NCBI GenBank assembly: GCA_964016885.1
Contig: OZ024746.1
Location: 80,662,001-80,726,000, forward strand
Source of the DNA: Eledone cirrhosa
Lineage: Eukaryota
Direction: 5' to 3'
DNA: 64,000 nt
Under the pieces are notes generated by a model that did not search any database, was not told the DNA's origin, and was given only the letters and a program-made list of their open reading frames with translations. The position numbers and the translations under genes were made by a program. This document shows, piece by piece, positions 54,841-64,000 of this stretch (its first letter is position 1; each line of letters begins with the position of its first letter).

Positions 54841-57639
54841 TGCCCATGATCCAATATGAAATGTCACAGCTGTAATACCTTTGACCATAGGTCTGTTTGA
54901 TCAAAGCTTACCTTGGGCTAAATAACAACAATTTGCAGCAGATAAGAAAAATTGCTTAACCCTTCAGAACTAGGCATATATAGTGATTCCATGAAAAAGG
55001 ATAATGAGCATTGCAGGACCTCTGAGACTCATAGAAAGGAGCGAGGAAGGTATCCCTAAACTAGAAGCCTGGCGCAAATACTTCTGACAAAGTGGACTGC
55101 ACTAAATGCATGTAATGGCACAGATGGTGGTATTAAACCAAGTGACAATCTAAGTAGGCTACACTGGAATTTGGACTCAAAATGTAAAGAGCTGGAACAA
55201 ATACTGCCAGGTATTTTGTTTGAAGCTTTAACAGTTCTGCTAATCCATCACCCTGGATTGGTACTTTATTTTTTATCAACCCTGAAAGAATGAGAGACAA
55301 AGTTGATCTTGATGTGATTTGAACTGAGTGCCAGGCATTCTGTCTAACACTCCAATAACTCCATCAATTTGCCACCTAAACTGACAGAAACTAAAAAGAA
55401 AAAAAAATGTGTAATTGCTATTTCTAACAGACCTGTCTTTTATTAACATAACACAATGTATAGATTGTATCCTTTCTGTTCCATTTTCTGCAACCACTAG
55501 CGCCACCATTAACATCATATATTTATCAGTATCATCACAATCATCATCTATTATCCCATTTCATTCAACATCATCACAGCCACTATCCCATATTCACCAC
55601 TATTCTTATTATCATCTTTTCACTACCAATTCTGCTTTTAACATTATCATTTTTATCATCATCATCTTTATCAACACCATAATAACAACTATCATCACCA
55701 CTGCCATCATCATCACCATCACTATCATCACCATCAAACAACAACACTTTATTATATATCTTCTAAGCCTGCAGCCTAATTTCCATTGGTTTCATGAAGT
55801 AAAAAAATCACATTTAATTTATTTATTAAAAAAAATCCCCCTAAACACGTCCCAATAAGCTATTTCATTCACAAGGAAAAAATATGATATATATGGTGCC
55901 CCAGCATGGTCTCAGTGGATGGCTGGAACAAGTAAAAGAGTAAAAGAGTATATGTGTGTGTGTGTGTGTATGTATATGTGTATGTATGTATATATATATG
56001 TATGTATATGTATGTATGTATGTATATATATATATATGTGTGTGTGTGTATGTATATATATAAACCATCAAACTAGGTGGGACTAAAACATCAAACTAGG
56101 TGGGACTATATACTTACCTTGTTCTGCCCCTCTTAGGAGATGGTGTACCGCCCATTGAAAGGTCCTTGTCAGTTGATCAGACCAGAATCAGCTTTTATAG
56201 TAGCCGTAATCACCTATTCTTTTATTCTTTCACTGGCTTCAGTTATCAAACTACTAAAGCCAACAACTGTACTGAGATACTGTCTTGGTGTAGTCAATCA
56301 TATCATTCCCAGTTCTTAACTTTTCAAGTTTGGTACATTCTTTATCAATCAGTTTTTTTTTTGTGGTTGATTTACTAAGTTCCAGAACACACACACACTA
56401 CACCATACTATACCACACACACCACACCACACCACATCGCGCCACACTACATCACACCACACCACACCACACCACACCACACCACATACACACACGCACA
56501 CACATGCACACATACACACACACACACTTTATTCAGCACTCTGATAGTTTATTTTCAAAATATTTTGTGTTTTCATATACACCTCTATTAGGTACATACA
56601 TGTACTCTACATGATTTATTAACACTTACAAGTAATAGAACAGAATAAAAGAACTAGAACTTTGAGGGAAAAGGCCCCTCAAAATCATGGGCCCATGCCA
56701 ATTAACCTAACTTGTATTCTCTCCCCAGTTCTGTTTACTTTTGTATCTAACAGTGGATGGTTAACCATATTGACTTTAAGGGATATGCGAAAATTGGGGT
56801 TGTGATGTTTATATTTTTTCATATGGCATCAATGAAAGTGCCTGGCTAGTGGTTAGGATGTTGGTCTCACAATTATAAGGGTAAAGATTCGATTAATGAA
56901 CTGAGTAATGCATTGTGTTCTTGAGCAAGATTCTTCATTTCATGTCATCTTTCATGATGGTGTCTGGGGCCCCTATCATTAAACCACCTTAGAAACCACC
57001 TATGAGATGCAACCATGTAGGAGGCCAGCTAAACCTACATATATGAGCTGTAAATTTCATTTTCTTTATATTTTCAAAGCATCAGTGTTGTAAATGAAGG
57101 AAGTTATTACAATTGGATGAAAATTTGTGGCAATTGCTGTGTGTGTATGTGTGTGTGCGTGTGTGTGTGTGCGTGCGCGTGTGTGTGTGTGTGTGTGTGT
57201 GTGTTTGTTTGTCTGTGTGTATTTGTGTACCCATGTATGTGTGTGTGAGAGTGTGGCTGTGTGTGTATCCATGTGCCTATGTGTGTGTGTGCTGTTATAG
57301 AGTATTGTGTAGCCACAGGTGAACTGTGACCAATTAGACATGTGATAAACAGGTGGTTGGCTAAATGACCTAGGCTCAAAGCACAGACCTATTGTTTCAG
57401 GTATACCAAGCTTCCTGCTAGCTGGGGATCACACTGCACACTGATATGCAGTGGTGTTGTAACATGCAATGATTCACACATTGACATGCAGTGGTGAATC
57501 ATACAGGGTACAGTGTGACATACTGGACATGGTAGGTGTGTGTGTGTGTGAGAGAGGTGGGTGGAGATACAGATAGATAAACTGGTAGAAAGAGGAGAGG
57601 GAAAGAGAGATATGGTAGAGGGCAAGGTGAAAAGGGAAA

Positions 57640-57950
57640 TGGAGAGAGAGAGCGAAATGGTGTTAGAGGGAGAGTAAGAAATGGAGAGAGAGAGAGAGAA
57701 ATGGTGTTAGAGGGAGAGTAAGAAATGGAGAGAGAGAGAAAGAAATGGTGTTAGAGGGAGAGTAAGAAATGGAGAGAGAGAGAAATGGTGTTAGAGGGAG
57801 AGTAAGAAATGGAGAGAGAGAGAGAGAGAAATGGTGTTAGAGGGAGAGTAAGAAATGGAGAGAGAGAGAGAAATGGTGTTAGAGGGAGAGTAAGAAATGG
57901 AGAGAGAGAGAGAGAAATGGTGTTAGAGGGAGAGTAAGAAATGGAGAAGA
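57640..57950 (+). repeat. ~40-45-bp minisatellite with variable (GA)n spacer
   Basis: aaatggtgttagagggagagtaagaaatgg(ag)n, about 7 copies. Confidence 0.93.
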
Positions 57951-58214
57951 CAAAGCGAAACAATGTGAAATGGAGAAAAAGACACGGAAAGAGAAATAAT
58001 GACTCCTTGTTTAATTTTTGATTTAATTTTACATTTTTTTATGTTTTCACCTTTTATCTTTAGCATCAAATGACTATTGACTTATTTATTACCTTAAATT
58101 ACCACATAAAAAATATTTCAGGTAATTTACAGTAGGAAACCTATCTTCACAGATAAACACTCCCTGAGTGTTTATCTATTAAATACACATAACGAGACTA
58201 TACTTACAAACACA

Positions 58215-58482
58215 TAAACATTATCACTTATATATATATATGTATATATATATATGTATATATATATAATCATTATCACTTTATATATATATATATATAT
58301 AATCATTATCACTTATATATATATGTGTATATATATACATATATAATCATTATCACTTATATATATATATGTATATATATATGTATATATATATAATCAT
58401 TATCACTTTATATATATATACATATATATATATATAATCATTATCACTTATATATATATATGTATATATAATCATTATCACT

Positions 58483-58514
<32 letters not shown>

Positions 58515-58552
58515 ATCATTATCACTATATATATATGTATATATATATAATC

Positions 58553-58586
<34 letters not shown>

Positions 58587-58698
58587 ATCATTATCACTAT
58601 ATATATATATCTATATATATAATCATTATCACTATATATATATATCTATATATATATAATCATTATCACTATATATATATATCTATATATATATAATC

Positions 58699-58758
<60 letters not shown>

Positions 58759-58875
58759 CATTATCACTTATATATATATATATGTGTATATATATACATA
58801 TATAATCATTATCACTTATATATGTATATATGTGTGTGTATATATATATATATATACACACATATATACATATAC
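58215..58875 (+). repeat. Minisatellite aatcattatcact + variable (TA)n
   Basis: About 16 copies of the 13-nt anchor separated by TA tracts of varying length. Confidence 0.93.
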
Positions 58876-59292
58876 ACTGTAAATGTGGTTGGTGTTAGGA
58901 AGGGCATCCAACTGTAGAAAACCTGCCAGACAGTCCTATGCGAGCAAGACAATCACTCTTGCCTCAAGTGGGAATACCCCCGTCCAAACCCATGCAAGCG
59001 TGGAACACGGACGTTAAACGTTGATGATGATGATGGTGATGATATATATATATATATGTGTCTATATATATATATATATATGTGTGTATATATATATATA
59101 TGTGTGTATATATATATATATACATACACATATACGCAGCAAGAATAGAAAACAAAACAACAAATACAACAAGTAGCTATGAAATAAAAATGTATTGGAA
59201 AAGGTGTGGTGTATTTTTGTTAAGTGGTTGGTTGCTAATTGTACTTTAGTTGCTTTAGAATGAGTCATAGAAGTGAAATTGTTAATAATAAT

Positions 59293-59660
59293 AATTCGAT
59301 GTTGCTTCTCCATTTCATAATAGCGTGACAAACAAAGAATACAAGAAAATAGAAAAGTACCAAAACCTGAAATACAAAATGCAGAGAATTTGCAATTGCC
59401 ACAAAGTTGCTATCATCCCAATTATTATAGGAGCCTTAGGGATAGGGGCTAAATGTTTGAGTGGTTGGTTGAAGATTTTGAATATCGCAGTTAGTTTCCT
59501 GATTCTACAGAGAACTTGTTTGTTTGGCACAGCAAGAACCATAATAAAAGGTGTTAGATATATAAGGCTGCAGGAAAGAGTTTGATTTATAGTTTGATAT
59601 ATACCTGTAGTGGAACAAAAGAAATGCTAAATAGAAAGAAGGTAATAAAAGAAATCGCTA
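59293..59660 (+). mobile_element. 5'-truncated R4/Dong-type RLE retrotransposon
   Basis: DVASPFHNSVTNKEYKKIEKYQNLK..VAIIPIIIGALG..LQRTCLFGTARTI; 5' junction lies in an (AAT)n run. Confidence 0.82.
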
Positions 59661-59669
59661 TTATTAGGA

Positions 59670-61040
59670 TTGGCTCAAATCCCGCCGAGGTTGACTTTGC
59701 CTTTCATCCTTACGGGGTCGATAAAATAAAGTACCAGTAATGCACTGGGTAATTGCTGGCCTTGTGCCTAAAGTAGAAACAATTATTAGGATTGGCAGTC
59801 TGACGCCATGCTTTGCAGCAAAGAGTTATGGCCCTTTATGGTCTGAGTTCAAATCCTGCCGAGGTTAACTTTGCCTTTCATCCTTACGGGGTCGATAAAA
59901 TAAAGTACCAGTAATGCACTGGGTAATTGCTGGCCTTGTGCCTAAAGTAGAAACAATTATTAGGTTTGGCAGAATTGGTAGAGCGTCGGACAACATGCTT
60001 TACGGTATAGAGCTATGGCCCTTTACGTTCTGAGTTCAAATCCCGCCAAAGTTAGCTTTACCTTTCATCCTTACGGGGTTGATAAAATAAAGTACCAGTA
60101 ATGCACTGGGGTCGATTTAATCGATTTTTCCTTTCCCAAAAATTGCTGGCCTTGTGCCTAAAGTAGAAACAATTATTATTATTATTAGGGTCAGATGCCA
60201 TGTTTTGCAGCAGAGAGTTACGACCCTTTAAGGTCTAAATTCAAATCCCACCGAGGTTAACTTTGCCTTTCATCCTTGGGGTCGATAAAATAAAGTACCA
60301 GTAATGCCGTAGATTAATTTCTGGCCTTGTGCCAAAAGTAGAAAGATTATTTGCCACAAGGGTACAAGGTAAGGGGGACCTTGCAAAGACAAGTTCAATA
60401 AAGTGTAGGAGATTACATAAAAATCGGATGAGAAAAACAAGCTTAAGTATACAGGGTATACATGATAATTGTTTCTACTTTTGGCACAAGGCCAGCAATT
60501 ATCCCAGTGCATTACTGGTACTTTATTTTATCGACCCTGTAAGGATGAAAGGCAGAGTCAACCTCGGGATTTGAACTCAGATCGTAAAGGGACGTAACTA
60601 TGCTGGAAAGCATGGTGTCTGACCCTCTACCGATACTGCCAGATGAATGGTCTCCCTGGTACAGGAGAACCTCCAAATAATAATTGTTTCTACTTTTGGC
60701 ACAAGGCCAGCAATTATCCCAGTGCATTACTGGTACTTTATTTTATCGACCCCGTAAGGATGAAAGGCAAAGTTAACCTCGGCGGGATTGGAACTCAGAT
60801 CATAAAGGGAGGTAACTCTATGCTTCAAAGCATGGCGCCCAACCCTCTACCGATTCTACTTTAGGCACAAGGTTAACAATTTGGGGAGGGAAAAGTCGAT
60901 TAAATTGACCCCAGTGCATTACTGGTGCTATATCTTATCGACCCTGTAAGGATGAAAAGCAAAGCTAACCGTGGCGGGATTTGAACCCAGAACGCAAAGG
61001 GCCTTAACTCTATGCTGCAAAGCATGTTGTTCAACGCATC
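59670..61040. mobile_element. Cluster of ~7 family-A SINEs: 4 head-to-tail on +, 3 on -
   Basis: + copies at ~59670, 59790, 59962, 60185; - copies at ~60466-60642, 60680-60860, 60860-61040, recognised by the shared core and its reverse complement tggtactttattttatcgaccccgtaaggatgaaaggc. Confidence 0.9.
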
Positions 61041-61576
61041 ATAATAATAAAAATAATAATTTCTAGTATTGTATTGTTAACTTGGTAGTTACTCATAGAG
61101 TTAAAGTACTGATGATTGTTGAACTATGTTGGTTTTATCTTGTTTTTTTTTTGTTTTTTTTTGTATTTTATATAAAGGCAATTTCAAATAGATTGAGGAA
61201 AAGTAAATGTCAATTGTACCACTATAATTCCACTTCTTCACCTCTTCATCCCACGTACTTCCTTCTGTTACACGTGGCAATCTGTGTGAATGTTCCAGAT
61301 AAAATAATGAAGCATCTTAGAATAGTAAGCAATAACTGTATGATACTTTATATACTGAACTAACTGGCAGCTGCCTTGTTATAAGAATTAGCAAGTCGAA
61401 GATGTATTGGAGCAAGTTACTTTCTTCCTGTTGAACAGACTTATTTAGGCCAACGCCCAGCTTCTCACTGCTACTAAGAATAAGGTTTATAACAAATGAT
61501 AGCATATCTTGAATTTGCAGAAAATAGCTATGAATTCTTGTGAAACAGAATAAAGTATGTATACTCTTCATGAAGG

Positions 61577-61778
61577 CAGGGCTGAATTAACCATTAAGCA
61601 AAATAAGCACATGCTTAGGGCACCATGGGAAGAGGGGTACCGTTTTATTAAAATTGAATATATTTGTCCCCCCCACACACCAAATTTTTTTTTGCAGACT
61701 TTACATATGGGTGTGTCGAAGGAGGACACCACAATCTTTTAAGTGTTTAGGTCCTGAAAAGGATTTAACCTGACCCTG
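61577..61778. mobile_element. hAT MITE
   Basis: TSD CATGAAGG / CATGAAAG; TIRs cagggctgaattaa / ttaacctgaccctg. Confidence 0.7.
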
Positions 61779-63223
61779 CATGAAAGAAGATAATTTTTCT
61801 TTCCTTTTTAGTACTCAGTCAGAGTGGGAAAGGCAGCACTCAAGACTCTTTATTTTTCCAGAGCCTCCAAGACTTTTGAAGGAAGAAGGGAAGTTACCCT
61901 TATATTTGAGACCTGACTTGAGTGCTTGCAATTGAGTGAACTCTATTAAAGGGTCTTAATGATAGTATTAAACTAGCTACAGATTAAATTTACCACCTCA
62001 GAACTCAAGACATACATCCAGAACAGATACCATAAGGTATCTCATGTAATGCTCTAACAATTCTGTCGATCTACTACCCTGGACTGGTACTTTATATTTC
62101 AACCTCTGAAAGGGTAGAGGGAGTACAACATTGACCTCAGCAGGATTTTAATCTGATGTGCAGGGAGGCAATATATATCGCACAAGACATTTTGTTCTTA
62201 CATTCTAACAACTATTCTAATTTGCTGCCTATATTGTTTCTAGAGAAATATAATAGAATATATACAGTATGTCAATTTGAAATATTGATTAACTAAATAT
62301 GTTCTTACTATTTTATTTTATATTTTGTATCACAATCAGTGAACATTAATGATTGATTACAAGTTTCCAACAGATCAATCACTGCTTCACTGCGTCCCTA
62401 ATGGTAAAAGTAACTGCGAGTGCCTATAATTTGTTAAAGAATTAATACCTCAGGGGACTTTGTCTTTAAAGCACTGGTTTTTTCAGTTTTCTCACAAAGA
62501 TATCTTTCACAGATATATATTGATGAATAAAATACATGCATATATACAGCCCCCCCCCCCCCCACACACACACACACCAGGCTTCTATATAGTTTGCATG
62601 TACTAAATTCCACTCACAAGGTATTTGTCAACTCAAATCTATAGCAGAAGACACTTTTCCAAGTTTCTGTGCAGTGGAATCAAACCTGTAACCTTAGGGT
62701 TACAAAAAGAACTTCTTAACCACACAACCATTCTGCAACGTTTTATTTTTTGTATTGATTTTTCACAGAAACATACTATGAAGCCTTTTACTGTTGGATG
62801 ATATTGTACTAGTCACACTGTGACAAGTGAATAATATTTTTTTCAGTTCAATTGATTGAAACAAATAGAATTATGTCTTGCTTAAGGACATAGTATGTTT
62901 TCTAACATATTTCAGCTTATTGATTTATACAGAACAAATTCTTATGTGAGGAGACGAGATTTAATATCACATTCAGTTTGAAAAATTTTAATGGCTGGTT
63001 ATCAGAAAACCTGAAAAAAAATCTAAGACCTCCACAGTTAATATTCACAAGAAATTGTTTAACCCTATATATTGTAAATACTTTTGAAGGATCTTAATAT
63101 CCCAATGATGTAAGATATGTATTGTTTCAGGCTGATTGATAGTAAACACACCAATTTCAGTGTAGCAAACAGCAAGAAATTGTTTAGTGATGGTGCCAGT
63201 GGTAGTGCATTCATTCACTACAT

Positions 63224-63412
63224 TATGAGGGTAGGCTGAAAAGCTCATAAGCTAACTATGAAGGAGTGAAGCAAGAGCTGTGAAATCTTGCATACATTAA
63301 TTTCGACTCTTCTTATAAATAACTGTATTGTTTGTTTCCAGGGCCTATGCTGAAAAATAAACGTCATGAGAGTAACTTGGTCAGCCTATGAACTTTTCAG
63401 TTGACCCTTGTA
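63224..63412. mobile_element. mariner-type MITE
   Basis: TA-tgagggtaggctgaaaagctcataagctaac ... gtcagcctatgaacttttcagttgacccttg-TA. Confidence 0.8.
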
Positions 63413-64000
63413 TATCTAGTTGAATTACTGTCGTTTATAAGGAAGGGATTCTCTTTGTGTCTTACTGCTGTCCAGACATTGGACCAGTTATAAGGTCCAT
63501 ATAAAGGAATCTAATAAATAGAGCTAAAACAAAAGTGGTGAAGGCCCAAGGAAAAATAAAAAAAGTATTTATATAAAAATAAAAAGTATTTATATAAAAA
63601 TAAAAAAGTATTTAGTCAAGTATAGTATACATTTTTTCTCCCAAATATTTAAACCTAAAGTTAGAGGTGTGCATTATACATGGTACTAAAGTGAATGGTC
63701 ATAATCATAACAACAAAAGGATAAGTTATATTTATTGTCTTAGCCAACTGATGTGTAACAAAGTTTAAATTCATATAATAATGTTATATTTTTCTATGAT
63801 AGTCACAATATATTAAATGTTAATCATATTTCACAAGTATACATTAATCATCATCATTTAATGTCCATTTTCCCTGCTAGCAAGTGTTGGACATATCTTC
63901 ACAGACCAAGTGCTCAAGTGGGACTACTGGTTTCTCAGATGGATGAGGCGGCCTGAATCTCGTTTACAAGTGAATTTTATTGTGCCACCAGAGCTAGGGG

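Noticed and set aside
56108-56130. ATACTTACCT, like the U1 snRNA 5' end
   Set aside because: Similarity stops after 10 nt, with no U1 stem-loops or Sm site.
58215-58875. Repeat-spacer pattern resembling CRISPR
   Set aside because: The spacers are only (TA)n variants.

Overview
AT-rich, microsatellite-dense animal genomic DNA. The repeat repertoire (RTE-type LINE 3' ends with (GAT)n tails, tRNA-derived SINEs, huge TA/CA tracts) looks like an octopus/cephalopod genome; this is an inference from recalled repeat families. The only intact protein-coding sequence found is the last two exons of a Groucho/TLE corepressor (865-1045, 2025-2132, + strand), probably followed by a ~6.3 kb 3' UTR ending near the AATAAA at 8463. 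The rest is intergenic or intronic and filled with transposon relics: R4/Dong and CRE-type RLE retrotransposons, RTE LINEs, a Gypsy protease/RT relic, Penelope-like hairpin elements, piggyBac/hAT/mariner MITEs, SINEs and minisatellites. The most notable observation is an apparently intact type I hammerhead ribozyme on the minus strand (26630-26703) inside a short fold-back element inserted in (TA)n, with a second, degenerate hammerhead at 23768. Also notable are an inverted tandem SINE array (59.7-61.0 kb) predicted to form long dsRNA, a self-nested piggyBac MITE, and a candidate promoter plus decayed 894-nt exon that may mark a spliced pseudogene or lncRNA. Nearly all long ORFs in the supplied track are simple-repeat artefacts. 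No database searches were run.
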